Below, one piece after another: positions 1 to 13,600 of a DNA stretch of 64,000 nucleotides (positions are counted from its first letter, which is position 1; every line of letters starts with the position of its first letter). Origin of the DNA: Octopus sinensis (taxonomy: Eukaryota); contig NC_042998.1 in NCBI RefSeq assembly GCF_006345805.1, positions 120,404,001 through 120,468,000 on the forward strand, read 5' to 3'. The translations under genes and the position numbers were made by a program. The notes below the pieces were generated by a model, which made no database searches, was not told the origin of the DNA, and worked only from the letters and a program-made list of their open reading frames with translations.

Positions 1-1074
1 TTAAGTTTGTTTTTAAGACAGAAGACGAAAACTATGTTTACAGAACTAAGAGGGGATTATGATCTGCGCTGAAATAGAGGTGATAGATGTACTGAGTTGA
101 AAAAAGACAAGATTCCTTGTAAAAGCCTTTAAGACCACAGTCCCCTGTATTCTTCGTGTTAAAATAAGTTATTATTCTGTGAGCTACATATATATAGAAG
201 ATATTGGTTATTGTTAATTTCTTGTTTTATGGTGCCACTATTGAAAGATGGAGCAAGTATTTCTTTTTATTGAAAACCACATCTTTTAACTCTAGATGTT
301 CATCACCTGAAGGTCTTTCCCTGTGAGAGATCAACTGTGCAATCTAATGGGACATTTGTAATATATACAGTCCTTCTGATTCTTATAGCAGTGGACTCAA
401 CCTCTTCACTGTATCAATTTAAAGGACTACAGCAACATAATTGAATTGGTCCCTCTCATAAGCTCTAGTTAATGCCACTGTACTTGATCCAATCAAGAGG
501 CATAATTTAATGATACCTACTTAAAGCCTGTTATTGTCTATTGTGTATTGTCTGATACAAACTATACATTGGTGATGTTCTAATATGTAATTGTGTGTTT
601 GTGTGCATGCGTAATAATATGTAGTGTGTGTGTTATATCTTGAAATAAATATGTTGAAAGTATAGCATAGGTGGCAGTTAAATTAAAAAGTGAAGTGGCA
701 GTAGTTCTATATATATTCTAGGTCTGTATCTAATCATTATAGCACACACCCTGCACCAACATGACAATAGAAGAACATTCTGTGCTGCCCAGGAAATAAA
801 ACACTTAGTTGTTTGTCAATTTGTTGAATGAGAATTATGATAATTCTGCATGAATTTTTTTATTTTAAACATATTGTTTATATTATTTTGCAACAGATAT
901 ACTTTGCTTTTTTACACTTAAAATTTCACTTGCATTACAATAACCCACTGTAAAAGTAACAGGATTGTTGTGGATGGAATATTTTTCTTTAATGTTACTT
1001 TTATAGTGGGTGTATCACATACACATACATACATCTCCAGTCTCTTCCCACCTCTCTGTATGTGTACATGCAGG

Positions 1075-3465
1075 ATAAGGTGATTAAGCTAGTCAGTGTG
1101 CAGTAGGATAATTAAGCTTAAACAAATCTTAGAAAAGAAAACAGCAACTTTTATCTTAGCCTACACTCCTCAATCAAGACTACCAGATGACCAAAAGGGC
1201 CATTTTAGGATACCCTTTAGCAGTTTACCTCAATGATGAATGATAGTGACTTTGTCCTTATGGCCTGTGGCCTCAACAATCATGAATGGCAGCATGCTGA
1301 AGGATTCTATGGTATGCATTGAGACTATGAATTTTGTTTTTAAAATGAAGAGGAAGCAAGGATCTTGGAGCACTGTTATGCAAATGACTTTATGATCTGC
1401 AACACCAACTTGAAGAAACCAGCCAGTTACCTGATCTCCTATCAATTTGGTGGGCATGCAAGCCATGTTCTCACCAATAAGCAGGATAGACATATGGTTA
1501 TAAATGCAAAGTTCTTCCCAGGTGAAGAATGTATTATTCAGCATAAGTTAGTGGTTAATGACTTCAGTCTTAGAGCTAGAAAAACTGAGAGATCCAGGCC
1601 TGTCTGAAAATGTAAGCTATAGAAGCTTAAAGATCATTCAAACAATCAGAAATGTAGAAAAGCCCTAATTGAAACATTTTATGAGAAGGAGGAGGAGATA
1701 GAGATGCACAACATAGAGGACAACTGAAAGTTCTTACAAGACAACCTACAGAGGGTTACAGACCAAATTTGTGGCTGGTGCAATGTTCTAGTCAAATCAA
1801 AGATGATGTGGTGGTACAATACTGAAGTAAGACAGAGCCATAAAAGTGAAGAGACAGGCTGCAAAGGTTTGGAAGAATGGGGGTAGCAGAAGTATACCAG
1901 GTGGCTAGAAGAGAAACTAGGTGACAGGTATATTTAGCAAGGCAATAATTGGAAAGGAAGAGTTTTTTCAATATTCTATAGCATGTGGAACAGAGGGGTG
2001 AGGTGTTCCAGACTGTGAGACAGCGTGTCAGAGAAAAACATGTATGGATGGATAATGGTACACTTGCACTTTAGTGATTCTGAAAGAAAAAGGCATGAAG
2101 TGCAACTGTGAAAGGCTACTATAAATGTGGAGAATGTATGTGAGAGTTTTCCAAATGTGAACCTTATCATTCCAGTTGACAGCAGTACGATAGATAAAAC
2201 GTTAAGAATATAAATGCAGGAAAAGCTCCTGATCTATCAGAAATTAGTACTAAAATGCTTAAAATATTTGGCAGTCACCTGTTTAGTTAATCAGGTTGTA
2301 AAGGAAGCACTATAATGCTGGTGTAGCAATATTATAGTCAGCTGCTAAAAGGGTAAAGGAAATGCATAGAGAGAAGTAATTACAGAGGTATTTGATTGTT
2401 GGATCAGGTCCTGAAAATTACTGGGTAAGTTATAGCTCAGTTTATTAGGGAAAGAGTTAGACTAGATGAGGTGCTGTTTCATTTAATGGCAGTGGGGAAT
2501 ACTATTGGTGCTCCTTTTATAGTAAGACAATTACAGTAGAAGTATTTATCCAAAAGTAAACCACTGTACATGACTTACATCAACCTGGAGAAAGCCTTTG
2601 ACATGGTCTTTTTCTCCCTGATCTGGTGATTGATGCAGAAGTTAAGAGTAGATGAATGGCTGGTGATAGCCATCCAAGCTATTTGCAAGGGTGTTGTACT
2701 AAAGTGATAATTAGCAATGAGTACAGTTACAAATTCAATGTGCAGGTAGGACTTCACCAGGGCTTGACTCTTGGTCCCCTTCTAATTTTCATTGTCCTCT
2801 AGGCCATAACAGGAGTTTAAGATTGGTTGTCTGTGGGAATTCCTTACTGCCGATAACCATGTTCTTGTAGCTGAGTGTATAATAGAACAAGAAGACAAAT
2901 TTCAAGTGTTGAAGCAAAACCTGGAATCAAAAAGCCTTAAAGTTAACTTAGCAAAGACTAAGGTTCTCATAGGCAAATAATCAGACAGTATGCTAGCCTT
3001 TTCAGAGGTGTGGATAGAAGTTCCTTATGGTATACTCTGTGCAAATTGTGGACACATTAGAGGTTCATTGGAATCACAGAAATATGGATAGAGAAAGTAG
3101 ACTTTGTTTGTGACAGATGTGCAGAAACAATAAATACTAAGAACACCAAGAAATATGTTTTCTTGAATGCCCTGGAGGATCCTTAGTTTCTTTTACTTAG
3201 GTAAGCTAATTAGCAGTAGAGGAGGATGTTCTGAAAATACAGCTGCCAGAATACAAACTGGCTGGAGAAAGTTTAGAGACCTGTTACCTCAGTTGACAAC
3301 AAAAGGTCTTTCTCTCAGAATGAAAGGCAGATTGTATGAGGCTTATGTACATGGTAGTGAAACTTGCACTGTGGATGCAGAGTAAACATGAAGACTAGAA
3401 GGAAATGAAGCTTGTATGCTCTGCTGAATATGCAGTCAAGTGTGCATGCACAATACAATAGTCCG
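1075..3465 (+). mobile_element. Decayed RTE-clade LINE (APE endonuclease C-terminal part plus RT), many stops and frameshifts
   Basis: Fragmentary peptides such as ICNTNLKKPASYLISY, FPGEECIIQHKLVVNDF, LEKAFD, LHQG, RGGCSENTAARIQTGWRKFRDLLPQLTTKGLSLRMKGRLYEA; the RT part is collinear with the open RT at 56586-57920. Confidence 0.9.
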
Positions 3466-6101
3466 AGCTTGGTTTGGTCATCGTACCAACATCAGCAGAA
3501 AGATCATTCCATATGAAGCATCTTTTATAACTTGCTTTTTTCCTGTTGGGTTCTGTCAACAAAGATTATTTTTGTCTTCAGCAACTCTCACAATAATCAC
3601 TCTTGGTTGCATATTATCAAGTTAGTTTTACCTTTCCTCTTGTCACATTTTCTCTTTAACTCCTGTACCATTTGTCCTTTGTCTTTGATCTGGCTGACAT
3701 GAAAGCCTCTCTCTCCTTCTCTCTCTCTCTCTTCCCTCTCTTCTCTTCTCTTCTCTTAATACTATCCAACTAAATTTAAATTAAAATGATTTCTGAATAA
3801 CAAGGTGATTATGTAATAGTTTGATTAATTCATGCAAATTGGACTCATGACTCGGTAAATCTTAAATCATTATTGTTCAGTGGGGAATGCTTTGGCTGAT
3901 ATTTTGTGTTCAAGAATACTTTGAAATATTCTTTCATTTTCTGCCAGCTTTGAACAAGATATCACTGATTATGATTGGCTTCTAGTTTCTGGAGATAAAC
4001 GAAAATGAGTAAAATAATTTTTTTTGTAATATGCACTCATAATGCCATGTAGGTAATTGTACATTTATCTATGTGTCTTTATTTGTTAGTGTATGATAAA
4101 ACGAAAGGACTGCTAAATCATTAGACTGAAAGAATCATGAAAGAAAGTTACTTTTCAACCCACCTTCTTTCAAACTTGATAAATACACGCATGCGAACAC
4201 ATGCACACAAATAATAAATAAAAACAAAGACAAAAGGCCATTTAAATATGAAAATTATTCACATGTTTGATGTGTGTGAGTATGTTTTCTATATTGCATC
4301 TGTTTGTAAGGTTCCATTGCAATGTATCAGAGTGGCAAATCTCTTTGAGTATCTGATGCAATACATGTACTCTCATCTTGTGTTTTGATGGTAACACCTG
4401 CACATTGACCCTGAGGCCGATACAGATTGCCCTTTAGCCTTTTCCTTGGAAGATTGGTGACATACAGAAGAGGGACTTACATCATACATGGGTGACAGCT
4501 GGTCTGAAAAATAAAATCTTGCCCAACTCTGCACATATAGGTTCAGATACATGGCCCAACCTGCCCTGCCCAACAGATGCGGCTGCTACATATGCACATT
4601 TACACACACACACAGAAGTAAGCAGATATTTACTAACAAAAACACCTTTCTTTCATTGCTTTTATTTTTAATATTGACTTATTTTTTAGGAAGTCAAATT
4701 GGGGGGAGGGGGGCAGTTCCCATGACTTTTGTTGGTTACACTAGACTGGTGTGGTTGGTATAGTGGATGTTTAGTTTATCTGCCTGAAGTTTGACATCTT
4801 TAGGAAAATATGAGTGCTAAAGGAATTGAGAAGGGGACAAAATGACCAAGAAAATATTTACTTTGGCACCTGAGGGAAGGAATGAAACACAATTGGAGTA
4901 ATAAGGGGGGAAATTAGTTAATCAGATGGCAGAAAAGTAACAGCGGTGGAACATTTGACCAGTGATTGATGTATGCTGGTGCGTGAGTTAGTTAATCTGT
5001 TCAATGGCCTGTCTTTTTTTTATATACAGTCTAAAATGTCTGTGCGTGTGTGTGGTGAGGTAGCACTATCTCATAGATATGAGAAGAACACAACCTGGTA
5101 GAGGATCATTAATGATCAGGTCTCAAATATGTTCTTGTCCTAAAAATGAATGTCCAGTATTTGAGATGTTATTTTGTCAACTAGTATAAGATTTTGGCAA
5201 TGTTATAGATGTATGAGATGACCATGAAAGATCATCAGAGATAAGGAGACTTAGAATTTTAGTGACTTTGAGAGGCTTATTGCTTATGTGGGTAGAGAGA
5301 AAGAGTATGGGAAAGGCTTTTTCTTGATATATGTACAGTTAGAGATGTAGTAACTGTGTCATATCTGTCTTATTCATTATTCATTTCTGCCATCTGCTGA
5401 TCTAGTGTCACTATAACCTAATTCATCTATAATACATATATATTTAGATTTTTATGTTGCTAATACTATACACCCAGTTACTTGAAAATAGCCTGAATTC
5501 TTTAGAACTTTAATTTTGCAAGAACTTTGTAGATGTTTTTTACTGATTGAGCAACATTTTGTTCATACTTGGAACAACTAAATTCATAAATGAAAGTGCT
5601 TGACATTAGCTAGAATGTCTTATTGACATCACCAAACATTGTATTATTGATATTAAAGATAATGTATCCTTAATATCTATGACTTTTCCTAATTTGGTAA
5701 AATAGTTTTATCTGTGTAGTGAAATTCGAGAGAGGTTATTTGTAGTCAAAACTGTTTTCCTGGTACAAGTTAATTCTGGGGCTAACAACAGTCTTAAGAT
5801 GATTGTCAGTGCTTTCTGATGTAGCATTGTTCTTGACAGATGAGAAAAGTATAATTACTTACATAAAATGTATGACTTGTTTAATTATATCTATTTTAAG
5901 GATATAACTTTTACATCACAGTGGCAGTGTGTTGAAGTTTTGTCTGCTCCACTAACAAATACATAAAAGACGAGGTTAATAGTTTGAAAAATTTTAAGCT
6001 GATGGAATAGAATGAGTCGCATTGTCTGAAAGCACACCTCTGCATGTTGTAGGCATCAGTATTATTGTGCTCCTGTATTGATATCTGTATTGATATATTG
6101 T

Positions 6102-6315
6102 AAAGGCGATGAGCTGGCAGAAACATTAGCACGCCGGGTGAAATGCGTAGCCGTAGTTCGTCTGCCGTTACGTTCCGCGTTCAAATTCCGCCGAAGTCGG
6201 GGTCAATTAAATAAGTACCAGTTACGCTCTGGGGTCGATATAATCAACTTAATCCATTTGTCTGTCCTTGTTTGTCCTCTCTGTGTTTAGCCCCTTCTGG
6301 GTAGTAAAGAAATAG
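6102..6315 (+). mobile_element. Young tRNA-derived SINE with core AAATAAGTACCAG...GGGGTCGAT; carries a ~20 nt internal deletion at ~6199
   Basis: CpG-rich head (GGCGATGAGCTGGCAGAA ... GCGTTCAAATTCC, B-box-like). Older copies at ~19526-19740 (-), ~37540-37720, ~45720-45890 and ~53870-54050; the 19526 copy retains the ACTTTGCCTTTCAT segment missing here. Confidence 0.8.
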
Positions 6316-6842
6316 ATATCTGGAGATATATAAGCAAAAACGAAATTTCACCCTAACTATAATCTCATTTATCATTAATACAGCATGTACATTGAAGAGG
6401 CAACAATATGTATCCTATAATGGTTCTCACTTATCACTAGTGTCCCATAGCTGAGCTAGGCTTACATTTTCTGCTGCTCATACTCTATGAATTGTGTTTT
6501 ATAGCTAACAGAGGTATACTCTCCAACAGTAACAACAACAGCAGCTATAGATGAAACTCTATATATCTGTATCAGAAATCAAACAATGTTTTAAGATGTC
6601 TAATAAACACGCTTAGGTGTAGGGTTGAATTATTGTTTACATGTCTGTTTAATGGGTGTTGAGTAATGGGTTCACTTGATAAATAATTTTGATGATGATG
6701 ATGTTCGCTCTGATGAAAATAAGGAGAAAAGGAAAATCATGATCTTAATACATTATATATAGTGAACATTTGGAGCAGTGTTTTAAAGGATTAGATTTTT
6801 CACATTGCCAGAGGTCAGTGACATACTAGTTATACATTGTAC

Positions 6843-7087
6843 CACACCTGTGTTGGTGCCATGTAAACAACATATGTGCTGGTGTCCTGTAAAAAGTACC
6901 TGTGCTGGTGCCACATAAAGAGCTCTCAGTACACTCTGTAAAGTGTTCGGCATTAGGAAGAACATCCAGCCATAGAAACCTTGCCAAAGCAGACAATTGG
7001 AGTCTGGTGCAGCTCTCTGGCTTGCCAGCTACTATCAAACCATCTGACTCATGCCAGGATAGGAAGTGAATGTTAAATGAGGATAAT
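6843..7087 (+). mobile_element. Short retroposon copy carrying the RTE 3' tail
   Basis: GGCATTAGGAAGAACATCCAGCCATAGAAACC...ACTCATGCCAGGAT...TTAAATGAGGAT resembles the minus strand of 55985-56160. Confidence 0.75.
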
Positions 7088-7498
7088 AGAGAAATAGGGG
7101 CTGTATACATACCTTACGTAGACCTTTCCAAACTGTTGAAGTTATTATTAAGACTGAACCTCTGTGGGATGAAGTCTGTAGGCAAAAAAGTGAACAGGTA
7201 GGAAGTTCTAGGAAGTGAAAAATTGAATAAAATGTTTAATGTTGAGTCAAGGAGGTTAAAACTCTCTAGAAATGACAAGAGAGATGAGTGCATTGGATGG
7301 GCTTGGAAAATGCTGGTGTGAGTAAAGAAGAGCAAAAGCTTTTGCAGAGGAAAGAATAGAGGATATAACACTTAGTGATTTTTTTTTTTACCTGAAAAAT
7401 TGTTGAATGTTATTTGGCAGTCATGTCGAAAACTACTAGATATGTTATTTTATTTTGAATATTATATGGATATTTACATTGTTGACATTTGTTGAAAG

Positions 7499-7660
7499 GT
7501 ATCATCACAATTGGAGTTATGGGCAGAAGAACTACAGCACATGGAAATGTGCAATGATCCAGCAAAAGCAGAACAGATCTTACTGATGCACACAGAAAAT
7601 TTATTGCACATGCAGAACTGTACATTTGAAGTTCTGCAACGAGGTCAAGAGCTTTGTCAG
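7499..7660 (+). CDS. TRIO: Trio exon 1 in window (spectrin repeat), [13 protein letters not shown]...LQRGQELCQ, phase 0/0
   Basis: gttgaaag|GTATCA acceptor; TGTCAG|gtcagt donor; 162 nt. Confidence 0.88.
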
Positions 7661-10600
7661 GTCAGTGGATGTGTTCTATTTAATAAAAAAAAAAATTTTC
7701 TGATTAAAGTTTTTAAAAAAATAATAAAAGTGATATACTTTGTATTCATATGCATATTAAATTGAAAATTATTTGGAATTGTGAATATTTGCAAAATTTT
7801 ATTATTTTTATCATTGTAATTTTGTCTCTTTCAGTTGTTTGAAAACACAGGTGTGCAATTAATGGCTGATTCACAATATGATGCTCAGACTAGAATCCAA
7901 CTATTGCTGGAATATTTGCATGAACGAGAATTGGATTTAGAGAATTTGGCTGAAAGTCGTCGCATTCGTCTGGAGCAATGTGTCCAGCTACGTAATTTTG
8001 AGTATGAAACCAGGCAGGTGAGGATTAAGTATTGGAATTATTCTCAACTTTAATAAAGTGATTATCTCTAGGTATTGACAATTTCAATAACCATCACGTG
8101 TCAACTACATCTGCTGAAATTAGGTAACAAAATATATGGAAACCAAAAGAACTCTGAGAATTATATTTCTTTAGAATCTACAAGCTGCAACTGTTTCTCT
8201 GTTTCGTTAAATAAATTTACACATTTCAAAAATATTTTACATTCTTCATAATGTTTTTCTTCAATTCAAAAAATTAGAGATTGCAGTCTATATTTCACTG
8301 CATGCACTTATTGTAAAGTTTTCAAAATGCTTTTCTACAATTCTTCAAAGTTGTCTTCTATTTGAAATGTTGTTTGGAAAAAAATTCTGATTTAAAAAAA
8401 GAGTTTGTTTTCTGAACATTTCTGCTTGAATTCTCAACTTCTCATTAAATCTTTTTCAAAACTTAATTTCTACTAAATAAACTGTATAAAAGCAACTTTT
8501 TATACATCCTTAGTAAAGTCATGTCAAAAATTGGAAATCTATTCATTGCTCTCTCTAGATGTTTTATGGCTGATATTTGATATATGAATAGAGATTTTTC
8601 TCATTGGAAGAAAAAAAACCAACTTTTTTTATCATTATTATTTATTTTACTATTGTGAAATTCTGAAATATTCCCGTTTGTCAAGATATGTGTAAATTAA
8701 TTACAAATTAGTATACATTGGCATTATTATATCATTTGTTATTTATTGTATTTTACTTTTTCTACAATAAAACTCACCTTATGTAATGTTTATAGTAAAC
8801 ACATATGTTTATAATGAATACAACATTCATTTTAGGTGGTTTCTTGGATTCAAAATGGAGAGACAATGTTGACTGCCAGTTTTATGTGTCCAGATAATTT
8901 AATGGAAACTGAACAACTGAAGAAAGAACATGAAAAGTTTATGTTGGCTATTGAGGTACAGTTGTCTTTTGTTTCTGTTTCTTTTTTTTATTTCTGTTTT
9001 CTTTAAAAAAGTTCAACATTGAAAGTTTAAAAAAAAAAAAATTTCAATTTAGCAATACTAGCTGTATTTTTTCTTCTATCAATTCCTCCATAAATTAGGC
9101 TCTAATATAAAATGTTTTCTGAGGCCCAGAGCAAGTTAAAATATAATTTTACTATTTTGCTTTTTCTCTATGCTGTTTAATTATCTCTTATTGTCTGTTA
9201 TATTGTAGAAAACACATGCAAATGTGATCCAAGTCACTCAAAAGGCAGAGAGCATGATCCAAAGCAACCATTACAATTCTGAATTTGTACGTGTTATCGC
9301 AGAAAATATGAATTTAGTTTGGCAACAGCTAATGTATCATGCTGAAGAACGTCACAAACTTGTAATGGCATCAATGACTTGGTATAAAACAGCTGAACAA
9401 GTACGTTTGTAATTCTATTTTATATTCATAAAAATAACCGATTTTTCTTTGGACTTCTATTTCTAAAACGAACTTCAATATTTGTTAACAGTTCTACTAT
9501 ATTATGATAGTATTTCATATTAATGTAATTATTAAATTTAATTTTTTTCTTCTATTTAGTTTTGAGAATTATATTTTTGCTGTCATTAATATTTTGAGTG
9601 ATTATATAATCTTATTTTTCTTCACAGGTTTGGTCAGTTTTAGAAAGTTTAGATCGAGATTATAAACGAGATGAAGATTGGTGTAGCACAGACAAGGCTA
9701 ACTGCACTGACAAAGCTGCATTCTTAGTACAAGCAATCAATAAGCATAATGAACAAAAGGAAGCCTTTCTTAAGGTAACATATTTGACTCATGTTTATGT
9801 TCAATTTTTAAAATATGAAATGTTTAACCCTTTAGCGTTCAAACCAACTATATCCATCCAAAATATTCTGTTTTACATTCAAATTGGCCAGATCTGGCCT
9901 CTCATACCTACCCTATAATTTCATTCTAAAAGTAAACAATCACATCACCAAAATCTCAAAACTGTTAGATAATGCATGATTCATACAAAACAATATGAAG
10001 AAATAAGAATTACATTTGACAAAATAATTTGAATGTTAAAGGGTTAAGATATTGAAATATTGAAATTATTTCTGTAGACTTCAATGGAATTTATATGATG
10101 TTTCTGCTTTCATTTAGGCTTGCACTTTAGCCAGACGTACAGCAGAGACATTCTTAAAATATGTCAACCGCAACCTTCACACTTTGGGAATGGATGTGAA
10201 GTACAGAAATCCAGAATCTCATGTAAAAGGTAAGTTTTATTAATTTAATGTCAATGTATTCATAATTTCTATCAGTTATCATTTGTAGAGTTTTAGGTAC
10301 AAATAGATATATTTTTACAGTGATCCCACACCTATAACTAACATAGAGGGTGGACCAAAAGTCACCTGACAGTAAATCAAAACCATTTAATTCTAAGATT
10401 TATTTGTGTTTAACAACTGAATGAATTTAATAAAAGCATCTAAATATGAAACATCATGAAAATTGTTCAAACTGAAGACCTTCTTCAGTGATACATTTTT
10501 CCATTTGAGCCAGTACAGAATTACAGATAGTATTTATAGAATTTTGATTTACTGTCGGGTGACTTTTAGCCAACCCTGTATTACTAAAGTTACTAGATGT

Positions 10601-13600
10601 TTCTTCTTCAATAGATATGAAGCTTTAATAGCAATCTGTTGAAGTTGTAATTCCCCATTTACTGAAAGTCATCATAATTTATATTGTGTTTGATTTTAAT
10701 ACTGTAAGTTATCTTTTGCAGTATACAAATTATCTTAAAATTTTATTCTTGCAGACCTTCTTTAAAGTAATACATCTTGATAGGTTTAGAATATATACAT
10801 ATATTTTACTGAAGCGGGAATTTGGCTAATTATTCACCAATGAAGGAACTTTGTTGATAATTTACTGATGGAGGATTTTTTTTTCACTAATTCACTGAGG
10901 GAGGTGTTTGGTAATTAATTTAGTGGTGGTCTAATCTGATTATTAATATACTGTTGTGATATTTTAATCAGTAACTTACTGTTGGAGTAATTTGGGTGTA
11001 AATTTACTGATATTTTTAATTTTTTTTACAGCAACTCTTGATCAATTACTACAACAGGAAAATGCTGTAATTGAATATTGGACTGTAAAGAAACGAAAGT
11101 TAGAACATTGTCATCAGTATGTCCTTTTTGAACAAAGTGCCAAACAGGTAAAGTGTCATTTTATGTTATATCTTTGGTAGGAGTAGGTAGTATCCTTAAG
11201 TTAGGAGTTTATCATTGTTCATCAGTTTTAATACTATATTCCTTAAGACCACAATACAAAAGTGTTCATATTTAAATTAACCCCTAGAACCTGCAAATAT
11301 TCTTTAGTGGACATGATTTCAGTGGAATATACTCCTGGAAGACTCAAAAGCTGGTTTTGTGTTCACAGCTTGTTTAATTGGCAGAAACATAATTATTTTC
11401 AGCTTTCAACTCAAACCATGTGGCCATTCGCTTTTGCATCTTCCAAGGGTATAGTCAAATTAAAGCATGCTCGTGAGTTCAGAGGATTTAAACTCTTAAT
11501 CAGAATCTCATAACATGAATTGTAATCTGAAGTTTCAGATGATCAACTACAGTGTAAAATATATATGCCAATATATAAGGTTACAGATATTTTATTAAAC
11601 CTCTCCAAAGTTTTGATTATAGTGAAAATGAATTAAAATGCATATGCAGATCCCTCATGGAAAATATAGTGGTGAAAGGGTAATTACAATTGGTTATTAG
11701 AAACAATTGCTTTTGTAACTTTTCTCAAGTCTTAAATAGGTGAGAAATATCACTCTCACTCTTTTGACTGGAATGCCAGTCTGTTGCAGATAACTTTGTC
11801 TAGAAGCAAGGTGAACTGTAAAGTATCCAACCCAGAGACCTAGTAAACCACTGTTGAGGGTTCGGATGAGAGTCTGATAACTGAGGCCATCATTTACATT
11901 ATTGCTATTATTGAAGCAGTAAACATAATAAATAACAATTTGTTCATACTGCTGCATAATTTGAAATAGAACCCCCTGTAATGGCTGAAAGTTTACATTA
12001 AAATATCTATAAAGATGATATTTACTTGTCAAGATTTTCAAAATAAAATGACAAGCCAATATTGTGATTTGTTGTCATATTTCAGCAATAAAATATTTGA
12101 CAGAGTTCATGTAATATAAACATACTTTCCAGATACGTCTCTTTTATGATAGTTGAATCATAAATATCATTACCTTGACACCGATTCATTTCAAAATATA
12201 CCATAATAGAAGGTTCTTGTTTCTTTTACTGTTACTTTTCTAAGACATGTGTACCAAAAGCGTTGTGCCAATTTGTCAAAATACAGCACTTTGGTATCAT
12301 TTTAATTTTTCATTTAGATTTTAGTTCTCCATTACTTGAATTGAAATCAATTCAATGACAGTGTTGTTGTTGTGGTTGTTACTAAAGACATTTTCTTTTC
12401 AACTTGAATGGAATTTAATCTCTCTTACTGGTTTTGTCAATGTCTAGCAACTATTTATGCATGCCAATATCTATTTATACATAGTTCATGATAAAGAAGT
12501 ATAGATTTCTTGAAACACTGTCTGATATATATATATAAATATTTTAAGCATTTTTAAACACCAAAACAATGCAAGTTATAAAAAAATAATAATACAGGTT
12601 GATGGTTTGTAGTATTATGTAGTATTTCAATATTTCAGGCTTTGGACCTTTTCTTCAGGAAATGTACCAAGAAAAGATGTCTATAGCTGTTATCACTGCT
12701 CTGTAGTGTGTGTATGTGTGAAGGGTTATTTTGCATTGCTGTAGTGTCCAATCAGCTGAATGCAATTTAGATCTGTTATTAATTTGCAGGCTGTACTTGT
12801 TAATTAAAATAGTTTCTTTTATTCTTAAGTTCTCAATGCTTCTTTCAGCTGCTGCAAATGAAAATCAGATGTCTTTGTTGTGGTATTTTTGTAGGTGTTT
12901 TTTGACAGAAGAAACATTAGCATAGAAGTTTTTCTTCAACCTGTATGTGAACTTGTCTAGTGGTACTTCTGATGTACAATTCATTACATCTGCTACAAAT
13001 GATTTTATACTGTCTTGGTCTGCTTTTAGCTAGGAGCCTTCTCAGGAAAGGTCCAGAGTATGCTAGTTGTATATCTAATTCCCTCCTTAAGGCTAACAAG
13101 GTAAATTGCAGCACCGGGAAATAGTATTAACCATTGACCTATATTGTTAATTTTTTTTTTTTAATAACTTGAATTGTTTTGGCTCAAAAATATTTAAAAC
13201 ATTTATAGTGGATGACATCTAAATAGTATCAGTCAAATAATCTAATATCTGGATAATTCTCCTCACTATATTGTAGTGGGTGATTTCAGTATTGAGTGGA
13301 CAAATGATAGTAATTATAGAGAAACATTTGATATGAATTTGGTCCACCCTATACTCTCCTTTTCTCGCACACACATTTACCACAAAGCTGCTACTTTATT
13401 CTATCGCTACTCAGTTTCTCACTTGACACTTGAGGCAGTAAAATGATTTTTTTCACCTCAAAAATTGTATTGAGCAAGAAACTCTAAATAACACCACCTA
13501 AATCAAATCAACTTTGAATTACACCTGTTTTGTGCAAATAAATATACTCTGTACCATGTATTGAGTGCTCCTTTTCTCATTCATTAAAATAAAAGTATAT

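Noticed and set aside
3948-4008. Possible upstream Trio exon (FEQDITD resembles FERDAID)
   Set aside because: The preceding codons do not match LQLRI, the frame ends in TGA, and the match should end an exon rather than start one.
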